Origin: an uncultured cyanobacterium
GTDB lineage: Bacteria; Cyanobacteriota; Cyanobacteriia; Pseudanabaenales; Pseudanabaenaceae
Direction: 5' to 3'
Length of the DNA stretch: 64,000 nt
NCBI GenBank assembly: GCA_963703315.1
Contig: OY969811.1
Coordinates: 4,224,001-4,288,000, forward strand
The translations under genes were made by a program, and so were the position numbers. The notes below the pieces were generated by a model, which saw nothing but the letters and a program-made list of their open reading frames with translations, had not been told where the DNA came from and searched no databases. Of the stretch, positions 9,693-20,478 are shown piece by piece (within the stretch, counting starts at the first letter, position 1; the number at the start of each line of letters is the position of its first letter).

Positions 9693-10586
9693 CTAATAAA
9701 CCCTATTTCCTACAGGCATATATTCTTGAATGAGGTTACGCTGACTGACCCGATCGCCTTCTGCTAATAGGCGATCGCCTGCCTCTTTGAGAGTTCTCAA
9801 ATCAAAACTAGGTGGACGAAATTCTGGTAGAGACTCGGTGCTATTCACCAACCGTAAGGACAAACGCTCTAAACCGATTTCATAGACAAACTTCCGCACT
9901 TGCTCGTCATATAAACTCGATCGCAGTGAACCAAAGAAATCAATCGAGCGATCGGGATACATATCCACAAGTCTTTCAATTTCCCATTGCGGAATATTAT
10001 CGGGCGCAAAAATACCGCTCACAATGCCAATGCGATCGTTGCGATCGGGTTGCCAATAAAACTTTTCCATGCGTCCATCACGTACTAACGGCGCATATAA
10101 AGTCGAAAAATCATTCCCCGTCACAATAATTGGCACGCGCCTAATCGGATTGCTGTCATAGCTCCCCGGAAGCTGCACATTCGTTGGGTTATCAGCAATA
10201 TTCATCAATGTGGCATTTACCAACTGCGTATTGACTGTATATTGCGTTGTGCTATCAACTCGTCCTGCACCTGCATCTAAGTCATTAATCAAGAGAGCGC
10301 ATATTTTGCCCCGCACCTTCACCAACTCCGATGCCTCACGATAGCGCATCCTAATCAATCGCGCAGGATCACCCGCATCAGGACTTTCTAGTTCACCACC
10401 CGACATTCTAATGGGATCAATCCCTAGTTTCTGGAAAGCTAACTCACATTGAAACGACTTACCTTCCCCTTTGCCACCGTGAATACCTAAAATTAGCGGC
10501 ACATTTACATTGGGCAACTTCATGAAATTCTTAGCCAGATGTACAGCCAATTTATCCAAAAAGCGTGGTGAAATGTAATAAGACAT
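9693..10586 (-). CDS. rca: Rubisco activase-like AAA+ protein without a C-terminal RbcS-like domain
   Basis: PLILGIHGGKGEGKSFQCEL, INDLDAGAGR, TGNDFSTLYAPLVRDGRMEKFYW. Confidence 0.9.
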   Translation of the reverse strand: MSYYISPRFLDKLAVHLAKNFMKLPNVNVPLILGIHGGKGEGKSFQCELAFQKLGIDPIRMSGGELESPDAGDPARLIRMRYREASELVKVRGKICALLINDLDAGAGRVDSTTQYTVNTQLVNATLMNIADNPTNVQLPGSYDSNPIRRVPIIVTGNDFSTLYAPLVRDGRMEKFYWQPDRNDRIGIVSGIFAPDNIPQWEIERLVDMYPDRSIDFFGSLRSSLYDEQVRKFVYEIGLERLSLRLVNSTESLPEFRPPSFDLRTLKEAGDRLLAEGDRVSQRNLIQEYMPVGNRVY

Positions 10587-10683
10587 ACAGATTAATTTTG
10601 ACGACTAATAGCAATTTACCTTACAGTGCTACCTAATAAAAATCTCAAGGTGACGGCTTTGCCGTCACCTTGAGATTTTTAAA

Positions 10684-10716
10684 AATAAAAAAGCCCGCCT
10701 AAGCGGGCTTTTTTAT
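10684..10716 (-). terminator. Terminator after psbT; a second hairpin lies at 10637-10681
   Basis: AAAAAAGCCCGC-CTAA-GCGGGCTTTTTT. Confidence 0.75.
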
Positions 10717-10824
10717 TTACTTCTTATCTTTGGAGATAACCTTAGGAGGTTCACGGAAGAAGATTGCAAAGAAGAACAAACCAATCAAACAAGCGAAAAT
10801 TAGAGTGTAAGTGATAGCTTCCAT
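10717..10824 (-). CDS. psbT: Photosystem II reaction centre protein T (not in the ORF track)
   Basis: Manual translation [35 protein letters not shown], directly after psbB. Confidence 0.95.
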   Translation of the reverse strand: MEAITYTLIFACLIGLFFFAIFFREPPKVISKDKK

Positions 10825-10830
10825 TGGATC

Positions 10831-12360
10831 TTATGCCTCAACAGCGCGAGTAGTTTTGTCGCCAACTTTTTGGAATGCGCCCCATTCAACTTGCTCTTCG
10901 CTAAGTTCTGGGTCAACACCAGCAAATACGTCGCGGAACAAGGTACGAGCACCATGCCAAATATGACCAAAGAAGAAGAACAGTGCAAATACTGCATGAC
11001 CAAAGGTAAACCAACCACGAGGGCTAGTACGGAATACACCATCAGAGTGATTCTTTTCTTGATCAAATTCAAAGATTTCGCCTAGCTGAGCTTGACGGGC
11101 ATACTTCTTAACGGTAGGAGCATCAGTAAAAGATTTACCATTTAGCTGACCACCAACGAAGGAGACAGTTACGCCAGTTTGCTCAACGCTGTACTTCGAT
11201 TCAGCACGACGGAAAGGAATGTCAGCACGTACAACACCATCTTGGTCTTGAAGAACCACAGGGAAAGTTTCAAAGAAGTTAGGCAAACGACGAACACTAA
11301 GTTCACGACCTTCACCATCTTTGAAAATGGGATGTCCTTGCCAAGCTTGAGCAATACCATCACCATTGTTCATCGGACCAACGCGGAACAAACCACCTTT
11401 AGCAGGGCTGTTACCAACGTAGTCATAGAAAGCGAGTTTATCGGGAATCTTTGCCCAAGCTTCTTCAGCACTCAAACCAGCATTCAAGCCAGTTTGGACA
11501 CGACGAGAAATTTCTTGTTGGAAAGAGTTGTTATCCCATTGATAACGGGTAGGACCAAACAATTCGATCGGGGTAGCGGCGGAGCCGTACCACATGGTTC
11601 CAGCAACAACGAAAGCTGCAAAGAAAACAGCCGCAATACTGCTAGAAAGTACGGTTTCGATGTTACCCATACGCAGAGCTTTGTACAAACGTTCTGGTGG
11701 ACGCACGGTCAAGTGAAATAGACCAGCGATGATCCCAACGATACCAGCAGCAATATGGTGAGCGGCAATACCACCCGCATTAAAGGGGTTAAAGCCGTTA
11801 GGTCCCCATTCAGGTGCAACGGGTCCAACATGACCAGTCAAACCATAGGCATCAGAAACCCACATACCAGGTCCAAATAGACCAGTTTGGTGGAATGCAC
11901 CGAAACCAAAGCAAAGTAACCCAGACAAAAATAGGTGAATACCAAACATCTTCGGCAAGTCCAAAGCTGGCTCACCTGTGCGAGGATCTCTAAATAGCTC
12001 TAGATCCCAGTTAACCCAATGCCAAATTGCAGCGAGGAAGAGTAAACCAGAGAGTACGATGTGTGCAAGTGCAACACCTTCAAAAGACCAGAAACCGGGG
12101 TCAGCAACTTGTTCGCCAGTGATTGTCCAGCCGCTCCAAGAGTTAGTAATGCCAAGGCGAGCCATGAAGGGCATTACATACATACCTTGTCGCCACATGG
12201 GGTTGAGGACAGGGTCACTGGGGTCAAAAATTGCTAGCTCATAAAGTGCCATCGAGCCTGCCCACCCTGCTACGAGAGCAGTGTGCATCAGGTGCGTGGC
12301 AATCAGTCTTCCTGGATCGTTCAGGAGAACTGTATGCACTCGATACCAGGGTAATCCCAT
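10831..12360 (-). CDS. psbB: Photosystem II CP47 chlorophyll-binding protein
   Basis: [21 protein letters not shown] start; full-length CP47 sequence. Confidence 0.99.
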   Translation of the reverse strand: MGLPWYRVHTVLLNDPGRLIATHLMHTALVAGWAGSMALYELAIFDPSDPVLNPMWRQGMYVMPFMARLGITNSWSGWTITGEQVADPGFWSFEGVALAHIVLSGLLFLAAIWHWVNWDLELFRDPRTGEPALDLPKMFGIHLFLSGLLCFGFGAFHQTGLFGPGMWVSDAYGLTGHVGPVAPEWGPNGFNPFNAGGIAAHHIAAGIVGIIAGLFHLTVRPPERLYKALRMGNIETVLSSSIAAVFFAAFVVAGTMWYGSAATPIELFGPTRYQWDNNSFQQEISRRVQTGLNAGLSAEEAWAKIPDKLAFYDYVGNSPAKGGLFRVGPMNNGDGIAQAWQGHPIFKDGEGRELSVRRLPNFFETFPVVLQDQDGVVRADIPFRRAESKYSVEQTGVTVSFVGGQLNGKSFTDAPTVKKYARQAQLGEIFEFDQEKNHSDGVFRTSPRGWFTFGHAVFALFFFFGHIWHGARTLFRDVFAGVDPELSEEQVEWGAFQKVGDKTTRAVEA

Positions 12361-12589
12361 TGCAAATGTTCCTTAATCTATGTAGTGAGTAAGATCTTAA
12401 CGATTCTTAATTTTAATTTATGATAATTGATCCTGAGTTAGGTAGCTACTCAAAATACTTAAGGTAATGTGAGCAAGTATCATTTGCAGGATCGTTAAAT
12501 CAGTCGAGTTATTTTATTTGTAACATCATAATAAACTATTCCTTCCGATTGATTGCGATAAAACCCAAAAACTAGGGGCAGCACTTCGT

Positions 12590-12646
12590 AAAAAGCGCAT
12601 TGATAGAGTTGCGGTGCTTCGCGCCGCAACTCTATCAATGCGCTTT
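12590..12646. repeat. Long REP-like palindrome
   Basis: AAAAGCGCATTGATAGAGTTGCGG...CCGCAACTCTATCAATGCGCTTTT; core shared with the MITEs at 31944 and 43612. Confidence 0.75.
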
Positions 12647-13782
12647 TAGCTATAAATCCTTGTTGGTATGTGCGATCGCGAGATTTCCACAATCAGATCT
12701 ACAGATGCGCGATCGCTATTTACCTGACTAGTAATTGGCGCACCTAAGAGGCGATCGGCACGATTAATCATGCGACTCAAAAACAATTCAGGATGTAATG
12801 CTTTCCAGAAATATTCGACAAATTGGATGATTTCCTCATCTTTCATGCCTGTTTTGCCCGAATCAATGAGTTTGTGTTCTGCCTCAATTCGCCATTGCAG
12901 ACTGTAGGTGTAATCTTCAGGGACAAGGACTATCAAGCTATCGAGATATGCCCAGAGTGGCAGGTAGTCATATAGATTGGCGTTACAGTCGAGGGCAAAT
13001 TGGCGATCGCTTTCTGACAAAATTGGCGGGATAAAATTGCGAAAGGCAGAAATTGGTAAGGGGCGCATCCCCACAAACCAGCCTTCAAATAGGACGATAT
13101 CAGCACCGTAAGAAATTTCGGGATTAGTGCGATCGCCTGCGCCATTATGTAGAGATTTATCAAAGCGGGGAATAGCGATCGGTTGAGGATGATCTGGATT
13201 GCGATCGCGTAATTGCTGCAAAACCTGAATACCCAAATCAATATTGTGGGTGCTAGGAGGTCCACGCCAAATTAATTCAGGACGGTGATCGCGCAATTTT
13301 TGGCGCTCAGTATATGTTTTATATAAATCATCAAGGGAAATGCTTAAAAAGGTTTTGCCAAGATGTCTCAATAAAATATTTAGAACTATGCCCAATGTGG
13401 TTTTGCCAGTCCCTTGTCCGCCCAATAAACCTTGAATAAAGGTGCGTCCGATTTTTTCTTGCTGATCAACTAGGCTTTGAGCGAGGGGTAGCCAATAATG
13501 CCAGAGCAGGGACAGTGTTGCTGATGGCGGATCGATTTGGACATTATGCAGAGCTAGAGTTTCTAAAATTTCTGGATAAACTAATCGTAGAAGTTGCGAT
13601 CGCTGCTCAACTTGATCAACTATTTTGTTAATTGCTTTTAAGCTTGAAGTATCTGGATCTAAACCACAAAAATAGTCATTGCTTTTTCTTGATTCACTCA
13701 CTAATAAATCATGGTCTGGGCTGGATAGGCGATCGCCTTGAATTATTAGTTCAAAAATTCTTATAGGTATATTTTTAATCAT
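12646..13782 (-). CDS. D-glycerate 3-kinase (plant/cyanobacterial GLYK type)
   Basis: GLLGGQGTGKTT Walker A, SISLDDLY, WRGPP, IPRFDKSL, FEGWFVG. Confidence 0.8.
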   Translation of the reverse strand: MIKNIPIRIFELIIQGDRLSSPDHDLLVSESRKSNDYFCGLDPDTSSLKAINKIVDQVEQRSQLLRLVYPEILETLALHNVQIDPPSATLSLLWHYWLPLAQSLVDQQEKIGRTFIQGLLGGQGTGKTTLGIVLNILLRHLGKTFLSISLDDLYKTYTERQKLRDHRPELIWRGPPSTHNIDLGIQVLQQLRDRNPDHPQPIAIPRFDKSLHNGAGDRTNPEISYGADIVLFEGWFVGMRPLPISAFRNFIPPILSESDRQFALDCNANLYDYLPLWAYLDSLIVLVPEDYTYSLQWRIEAEHKLIDSGKTGMKDEEIIQFVEYFWKALHPELFLSRMINRADRLLGAPITSQVNSDRASVDLIVEISRSHIPTRIYS

Positions 13783-13994
13783 TTCCTTATTCCATAAAGC
13801 TTTTGCATGATTAAGTCCATAAGTCAGCTATACAGATTACAAATTTACAAAAATTAAGTTATTAATTAACAATTATTTAACATAGAATAATTAGCGTGAG
13901 TAATTATACGCAGGCTCCTCCACAAAAACTACATATAATTACTGACAATTACATCAGTTAGATCCACTACCTAAAAACAGAAAAAATTACAACT

Positions 13995-14405
13995 ATGAAC
14001 TTGAAAGCTCTTTTAATCGTTGCAAGCCTTGGTTTATCTGCTGGTCTAGCTTCTTGCGCTTCTGAGACTCCTGCGCCTACAGCTACACCCGCAGCTACAT
14101 CTGCTCCTGCTAAAACTGAAGCTAAACCTGCTGACAAGCCTAAGACCGATGCGGCTAAGACCGATGCTAAGCCTGATGCAGCTAAGACCGATGCTAAGCC
14201 TGGTGATGCAATGGCTAAGCCTGATGCAGCTAAGACCGATGCTAAGCCTAAGACCGATGCTAAGCCTGGCGATGCAATGGCTAAGCCTGATGCAGCTAAG
14301 ACCGATGCTAAGCCTGGTGATGCAATGGCTAAGCCTGATGCAGCTAAGACCGATGCTAAGCCTGGTGATGCAATGGCTAAGCCTGAGGAACCCAAAAAGC
14401 CTTAG
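13995..14405 (+). CDS. Low-complexity repeat lipoprotein with Met-containing repeats
   Basis: Signal peptide with lipobox LASC; four GDAMAK-containing repeats (PDAAKTDAKPGDAMAK). Confidence 0.8.
   Translation: MNLKALLIVASLGLSAGLASCASETPAPTATPAATSAPAKTEAKPADKPKTDAAKTDAKPDAAKTDAKPGDAMAKPDAAKTDAKPKTDAKPGDAMAKPDAAKTDAKPGDAMAKPDAAKTDAKPGDAMAKPEEPKKP
14140..14385 (+). repeat. Coding tandem repeat, 48-nt unit with 15-nt subunits
   Basis: CCTGATGCAGCTAAGACCGATGCTAAGCCTGGTGATGCAATGGCTAAG repeated near-identically. Confidence 0.9.
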
Positions 14406-14508
14406 TCTTTGATTTTTAAGTAGGTTAGTGAAAAAGGGTGCATAGCGCCCTTTTTCGTGTTTTATAGACCTATGACAAAGTAGTTGTCGCTACATTAAGT
14501 GAAGAATT

Positions 14509-15105
14509 ATGAGAGCGCCTGTAATCCCTACTCAAGCTTTAGCTGCCAAGATTTTTCATTGGGTAAGTTTAACCAGTTTATTTTTAATGATGACTAGCGG
14601 TTTACAGATTTATAACGCAAATCCAGTATTCGGTGGTCGCGCAGGTATTCACATTCCGCCAATTTTTGGTTTAGGGGGATGGCTTGCAGGTGGTAGACAT
14701 TGGCACTTTGCCATGATGTGGATATTCAGCCTAAACTTATTGTGGTATGGCGTTTATGTTTTGCTGACGAGACGGTGGCTGCATCGGTATATGAGCGGCA
14801 AAGATGTCAAAGCATTACTGACTAGTCAAAATATCAGGCGTAAAAACTATGCTTGGCATCGGTTAGTTTATACTTTGCTGATCCCCATTTTGTTTCTATC
14901 GATTTTTACGGGCATCGGTATGTACAAGCCTGCCCAGTTCTATTGGATTGTTGATAGTTTCGGCGGTTGGGATGCGTTACGCATCACGCACTTTATGGCA
15001 GTGCCAATCACGCTGATCTTAGGTTTTATCCATTCACAATTGGGGCGCAAGGTTGGGGGCGATCGCTTACTTGATTCAATGTTTTGGACGGACTCAAACC
15101 CATAA
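14509..15105 (+). CDS. Cytochrome b/b6 domain membrane protein
   Basis: KIFHW...SGLQIYNA, GGWLAGGRHWHFAMMW, YKPAQF, LRITHF haem-ligand His motifs. Confidence 0.85.
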   Translation: MRAPVIPTQALAAKIFHWVSLTSLFLMMTSGLQIYNANPVFGGRAGIHIPPIFGLGGWLAGGRHWHFAMMWIFSLNLLWYGVYVLLTRRWLHRYMSGKDVKALLTSQNIRRKNYAWHRLVYTLLIPILFLSIFTGIGMYKPAQFYWIVDSFGGWDALRITHFMAVPITLILGFIHSQLGRKVGGDRLLDSMFWTDSNP

Positions 15106-15160
15106 AGCACACCGCAGGGGCGCTTTATGGGTTTTGGTAATTTATTTAGTACAAATATTT

Positions 15161-15904
15161 ATGTCACAAGAATTTAATCAAAACAAATCAGATGCTGATC
15201 TAGAGCTTGAAGATGAGGATATTGTGCCGCGTCGTCGCTTTTTGACCTTAGCGGGGGCAGGCTTACTCACGGTTGGCTTTGGTAGTCTTGCAGAAAGTTT
15301 TGTGGGCAAAATATCGGAGCCATTAAATCAGCAAGTCGAGTCACTAATTTTTCAGCCCCAGAAACCAGTACCAGAGTTTCCGATTACGGCGATCGAGCCA
15401 AATAAGCTAATTGTGAATAGCTTTCGCGGTACACCCGTGATTAATCCGCTTGCGTATCGACTTACCATTGACGGCGCTGTGAATAATCCTTTAAGTCTCA
15501 GTATGGGTGATTTACAAAAGTTGCCATTTACGAGCATGGTGATTCGCCATGTATGTGTTGAAGGATGGGCAGCGATCGTGCAATGGGGGGGCGTGAGACT
15601 AAGAGATTTATTGGCGATCGCCCAGCCATTGCCCCAAGTTAAGTACGCCTATTTCTATTCAGCAGATGGCTATTACGAAAGCTGGGATATTGACTCAGTG
15701 CTGCACCCTCAAACCTTGATGGCATCTCAAAAAAACGGACAGACTTTAGCCCCAGAGAATGGTGCGCCGCTACGGCTTGCCTCACCTGTAAAGCTCGGCT
15801 ATAAACTCAGTAAATGGGTGACGAGAATTGAACTTACTAGTGAATTGGTTGCCAAACGTGGCTACTGGGAAGATCTTGGCTATGAGTGGTATGCAGGGCT
15901 ATAG
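15161..15904 (+). CDS. Molybdopterin-dependent oxidoreductase (sulfite oxidase/MsrP-like) with Tat signal
   Basis: PRRRFLTLAG Tat motif; RHVCVEGW; NGAPLRLASPVKLGYKLSKWV; start taken as ATG 15161. Confidence 0.85.
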   Translation: MSQEFNQNKSDADLELEDEDIVPRRRFLTLAGAGLLTVGFGSLAESFVGKISEPLNQQVESLIFQPQKPVPEFPITAIEPNKLIVNSFRGTPVINPLAYRLTIDGAVNNPLSLSMGDLQKLPFTSMVIRHVCVEGWAAIVQWGGVRLRDLLAIAQPLPQVKYAYFYSADGYYESWDIDSVLHPQTLMASQKNGQTLAPENGAPLRLASPVKLGYKLSKWVTRIELTSELVAKRGYWEDLGYEWYAGL

Positions 15905-15989
15905 CAATAGATGAGGGCGGCGCGAAGCGCCGCCCTCATCTATTGCAAAAACATTAAAAGAGTCAGCACTTAGTGCTGACTCTTTTAAT
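15905..15989. terminator. Two hairpins between convergent genes
   Basis: GCAATAGATGAGGGCGGCGC...GCGCCGCCCTCATCTATTGC and ATTAAAAGAGTCAGCAC...GTGCTGACTCTTTTAAT. Confidence 0.6.
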
Positions 15990-16014
15990 ATGGCTAGTAG
16001 TGCTTTGAGAAAAT

Positions 16015-16380
<366 letters not shown>

Positions 16381-16409
16381 TTAATACACTTGAATCGCTA
16401 CCCAAATTT

Positions 16410-16423
16410 GTAGCCTAGCATAC
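16410..16423 (-). promoter_or_regulatory. Putative NtcA box upstream of glnB
   Basis: GTA-GCCTAGCA-TAC (GTA-N8-TAC); glnB is a known NtcA target in cyanobacteria. Confidence 0.5.
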
Positions 16424-16450
16424 TTTTTAGGATTGTGATTGAGATTGGGC

Positions 16451-19249
16451 TTAGGATTGACGTTGCCACAGCCACCAACGAATTACCAATTTCTCCAATT
16501 CTATCCAAACAAACATCAAGGCGCTAAACCCAAAGCAGACTGCTAGCTCGGTTGGCGTGATGAGATATGTGCCAAAGAAAACACGAAACGGTTCTACATA
16601 AATCAGCACTAGTTGCAAAACCGTAGTCATAATCACCGATCCCCATACAAAAGGATTGGTCATGGGGTTAAGCTCAATCGTTAGTTGGGTGTTAGAACGA
16701 ATAGCGATCGCATGACCCATTTGAGCGATACAAAGGGTGGTAAATACCATTGTCTCCCAACGCTTGGGTGAGTAAGTGTCCCCAAATGTATGGGTGGTTG
16801 TATAGCCATGTGACCAGACCATGAGGGCGATCGTGATAATCGCCAAAACTATCCCAATTCTAACCATGTACATACCCATACCTCTGGCGAAGATATTTTC
16901 ACGAGGGTCAACAGGTGGTCGTTTCATCACATTTGGCTCAGCTGGCTCAACGGCAAGGGCAAGCGCAGGTAAGCCATCAGTGACTAGATTCATCCATAAA
17001 ATCTGTAGAGGAATCATAGGAACATTCAGGTTAGGGATCATAGAAGCTGCCGCGATCGTGATTACTTCGCCGATGTTACTACCCAGAATGTATTTGATAA
17101 AGCGGCGAATATTCGTATAAACGACACGACCTTCTTCAGTAGCGGCAACAATAGTTGCAAAGTTATCATCTAGCAAGATCATGTCACTGGCTTCTTTGGA
17201 CACGTCAGTGCCAGTAATTCCCATCGCGATACCAATATCTGCTTGCTTGAGTGCGGGAGCATCATTTACGCCATCTCCTGTCATCGCCACAAAGTGATGT
17301 TGTTTTTGGAGAGCTTGGACAATTTTCAATTTATGCTCAGGGGAGACACGGGCATAAACGCTGACCTGATTAACTTGCTGCTCTAGGTCAGATTGACTCA
17401 TATTCTCTAGTTCTCGCCCTGTGATTACCCGATCGCCTTTTTTGGCAATTCCTAAGTCTTCCGCGATCGCTTTAGCTGTGAGTTGGTGATCGCCCGTAAT
17501 CATCACAGGACGAATTCCCGCATCACGACATCGCTGTACAGCTTCACGCACTTCTGGACGTGGGGCATCGAGCATTCCGACTAAGCCTACCCAAACTAAG
17601 TTACTCTCGTCTTTTTCGGTGAGGCCACCTTCAGGTAGTTCGGCAAAGTTGCGATAGGCAAAGCCCAAGACACGTAAACCACGACTAGCGAGTTCGTTGT
17701 TTTGATCAAGAGCCTGTTGACGCTGATGACCAGCGATCTCATGAATTTGATCGCCAATTTGAATATGGGTACAACATTCTAAGGTTAATTCTGGTGAGCC
17801 TTTGCAAAATAGAACATTGCCCCCCTGTTCACCCTGCACCAGTACACTCATCCGCTTACGTTCTGAGGAGAAGGGAACTTCAAATATACGGGGCATTCGA
17901 TGTTGCCATTCTGAAAAATCACAACTACCTTTACTCGCGAGTACTAATAATGCACCCTCGGTAGGATCGCCAATGATTATCCATTCCCCATTTTTTTGTT
18001 GCAGAATTGAATCATTACAGAAGACACAAGCCATTAAAAGCTGCTGAACTTCAGGCAGATTTTGAACTTGAAAACTAGAATCTGCGGAAAAATCACCTAA
18101 ATGGCTAAAGTCACCAATGGGCGCATATCCATCCCCTGATACTTGCAGTGAATGTTGTCCTGTACGGATACCCTGTACTACCATTTTATTTTGGGTGAGT
18201 GTACCTGTCTTGTCAGAGCAAATCGTGGTGACAGAACCAAGGGTTTCGACGGCGGGTAAGCGACGGATCAGCGCATTTCTTCTGACCATGCGTTGAGTTC
18301 CCAAAGCAAGGGTAACCGTAACCACAGCAGGTAAACCTTCAGGAACTACGGCAACTGCCATACTGAGGGAGGTTTCGAGGAGTTCTCCAAAAGCGCCCCA
18401 CCCCTTGTTTAATACACCAACGAGGACAACAAGAGCGACCAATACCAAGGAGCCAGTGACTAATACATTTCCCAACTGGCTCATTCGTTGTTGTAGAGGT
18501 GTATCTTCAGTTTCTACATCTTGCAGTAGGGTGGCAATTTTCCCTAACTCAGTTTGCATCCCCGTTTTCGTGACTAAGACCTTTGCCCGCCCCTGTACAA
18601 CTTCAGTTCCTTGATAAACACAATTTAGGCGATCGCCCAAACTCGCGTCGGCTTCTAGAATTAAATTCGCTTGCTTGTTAACAGCCTCAGCTTCCCCCGT
18701 CAATGCTGATTCACGGACTTGGAGATTTTGCTCCTCTAGTAACCGACCATCGGCAGCAATTTGAACACCTGCCTCTAGGAGCATAATGTCGCCAGGTACA
18801 AGTTCTTTGCCATTAATTTCAAAGATTTCCCCGTTACGAATCACCCGAACTTTAGGTGAAGATAGCCTCTTGAGAGCAGCCAGAGCTTTTTCGGCATTAA
18901 TTTCTTGCATATAGCCCAGAATGCCATTGAGGAGAACAATCGAGAAGATGGCAACTGCATCCTTCGGAAATTCGGGTGTGGGTTTATTCAGGGCTAAAAA
19001 TGCTGAGACTACAGCCACAGCCATCAACATGATCAGCATGATATTCGTGAACTGATCGATGAAAATTTTGAATGGCGATCGCCCGACTTTTTCGACTAGT
19101 TCATTGGAGCCGTAGCGCTCAAATTTGACGGCAATTTCTTGACTGGTAAGCCCTTGTACGGGATCGCTTTGGAGTCGTTCTAGGGATTCTTCAGCCGTAA
19201 AGGTATGCCAAAGAGGGGCAGGAGTAAGATTTGGGGTCTCAAGTGCCAT
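16451..19249 (-). CDS. Cation-translocating P-type ATPase (type IIA, Ca2+-like, PacL-like)
   Basis: [21 protein letters not shown] phosphorylation site, [13 protein letters not shown]. Confidence 0.92.
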   Translation of the reverse strand: MALETPNLTPAPLWHTFTAEESLERLQSDPVQGLTSQEIAVKFERYGSNELVEKVGRSPFKIFIDQFTNIMLIMLMAVAVVSAFLALNKPTPEFPKDAVAIFSIVLLNGILGYMQEINAEKALAALKRLSSPKVRVIRNGEIFEINGKELVPGDIMLLEAGVQIAADGRLLEEQNLQVRESALTGEAEAVNKQANLILEADASLGDRLNCVYQGTEVVQGRAKVLVTKTGMQTELGKIATLLQDVETEDTPLQQRMSQLGNVLVTGSLVLVALVVLVGVLNKGWGAFGELLETSLSMAVAVVPEGLPAVVTVTLALGTQRMVRRNALIRRLPAVETLGSVTTICSDKTGTLTQNKMVVQGIRTGQHSLQVSGDGYAPIGDFSHLGDFSADSSFQVQNLPEVQQLLMACVFCNDSILQQKNGEWIIIGDPTEGALLVLASKGSCDFSEWQHRMPRIFEVPFSSERKRMSVLVQGEQGGNVLFCKGSPELTLECCTHIQIGDQIHEIAGHQRQQALDQNNELASRGLRVLGFAYRNFAELPEGGLTEKDESNLVWVGLVGMLDAPRPEVREAVQRCRDAGIRPVMITGDHQLTAKAIAEDLGIAKKGDRVITGRELENMSQSDLEQQVNQVSVYARVSPEHKLKIVQALQKQHHFVAMTGDGVNDAPALKQADIGIAMGITGTDVSKEASDMILLDDNFATIVAATEEGRVVYTNIRRFIKYILGSNIGEVITIAAASMIPNLNVPMIPLQILWMNLVTDGLPALALAVEPAEPNVMKRPPVDPRENIFARGMGMYMVRIGIVLAIITIALMVWSHGYTTTHTFGDTYSPKRWETMVFTTLCIAQMGHAIAIRSNTQLTIELNPMTNPFVWGSVIMTTVLQLVLIYVEPFRVFFGTYLITPTELAVCFGFSALMFVWIELEKLVIRWWLWQRQS

Positions 19250-19326
19250 CGTTTTTATCGGTAAACAGTTATGACCATAGTACTAAAAAATAGTACTAGT
19301 TGTTTTGAATGCTATACAATTACCAA

Positions 19327-20427
19327 ATGATTACCAATCCATTTCTGCCCCAGAGACTAGTGGGCAGACAAACAGAGCTAGAACGGATTAGTCAGATTTT
19401 GCAAGCAGATGGCGACTTGCTGATTGCTGGTGTCGCAGGAAGTGGACGCAGAACGCTAGTGAAATGGGCTGCCCAGCAAGTAGGGGCAAAGGTAATTACA
19501 TTGGATTGTTTACGGGCAACCGATGGCGATCGCTTTTTGAAGCTTTTAGCGAAGGGTTTACTGAATGCTTTTGATCGTCCTGAAGAAATATGCAAATTGC
19601 AGGAATTGCTTAAAGAACAACCGATTAGTTTTGAACTGACAGAACCATCGAAACCTAGAATCACTTGGAAACTCTCGACTTCAGGAATTTGGAACCTATT
19701 TGAAAATCTCTTAAGCATTCCGCAACAGATGGCAGAATGGCTGGATTGTCGAGTGGCGATCGTCTTGCATAACTTCACACATATTCGATCATGGGATCGC
19801 AAAGGTACATGGGAAGAATATTTGCGGCGTGAAATTCAACTCCAAAGTCGGGTGAGTTATGCCTTAATTGCCACTGTTCCCGAACCTTGGATGCATAAAC
19901 TGAGTATTCATGTTGTGGAATTGCCCCCCCTGAGCAATACTGAGCTTTGTGAATGGTTGGAACCAACGATGCAAGACAAGGGATTGAAGTTTGATAATTC
20001 TGATGCTTTGCAGCTATTTTTAGGCTACATTCAGGGCAATCTTAGTGATGCGATCGCTTTAACTAGAAGAATTTGGCAAGATTATCTTACAAAGACTCAT
20101 CCTCAAGACCATATACAATTTCTGATTCAGACGCACCATGTCCACCAGAATATGTTGATGTTGATTGAAGATCTTGCTCCTACCTTTGAATCTTTGATAA
20201 TGCTCTTACCGCCAACGCAAGTACGAGTATTAGAGAGCTTAGCGATCGATCCTACGGTCAGTCCTCATAGTCGCGAATATATTCAAAAACATCAGCTTTC
20301 GCGAGGCGGCAGTTTGCAAGGAGCGCTGGATAGTTTAGAACAGAAGGGACTGGTTTATGGTGCAAAATATGGTTATCGGATTGCGTTACCCACTTTGCAA
20401 TTTTGGCTGAAGCAACGTTTAGGATAA
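19327..20427 (+). CDS. P-loop/AAA ATP-binding protein with C-terminal winged helix
   Basis: LVGRQTEL, GVAGSGRRT degenerate Walker A; alternative start at 19309. Confidence 0.7.
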   Translation: MITNPFLPQRLVGRQTELERISQILQADGDLLIAGVAGSGRRTLVKWAAQQVGAKVITLDCLRATDGDRFLKLLAKGLLNAFDRPEEICKLQELLKEQPISFELTEPSKPRITWKLSTSGIWNLFENLLSIPQQMAEWLDCRVAIVLHNFTHIRSWDRKGTWEEYLRREIQLQSRVSYALIATVPEPWMHKLSIHVVELPPLSNTELCEWLEPTMQDKGLKFDNSDALQLFLGYIQGNLSDAIALTRRIWQDYLTKTHPQDHIQFLIQTHHVHQNMLMLIEDLAPTFESLIMLLPPTQVRVLESLAIDPTVSPHSREYIQKHQLSRGGSLQGALDSLEQKGLVYGAKYGYRIALPTLQFWLKQRLG

Positions 20428-20478
20428 TCTCATTGAAAAAAATTGCGAAGCAAGTTTTTTCAATCCAAGTTAAGTTTT

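Noticed and set aside
10800..12244. Several ORFs overlapping psbB
   Set aside because: Shadow frames of a highly conserved gene with biased codon usage.
14140..14385. Regular DNA repeats as a possible CRISPR array
   Set aside because: No unique spacers; unit lengths are multiples of 3 inside a lipoprotein ORF; no cas genes in the window.
13967..14412. Alternative-frame and antisense ORFs over the repeat lipoprotein
   Set aside because: Shadow frames kept open by the repeats; only 13995-14405 has a signal peptide and lipobox.
19279..19299. TAGTACTA-N5-TAGTACTA between divergent genes as a LexA or NtcA box
   Set aside because: Spacing fits neither the cyanobacterial LexA nor the GTA-N8-TAC consensus; may still be an unknown site.
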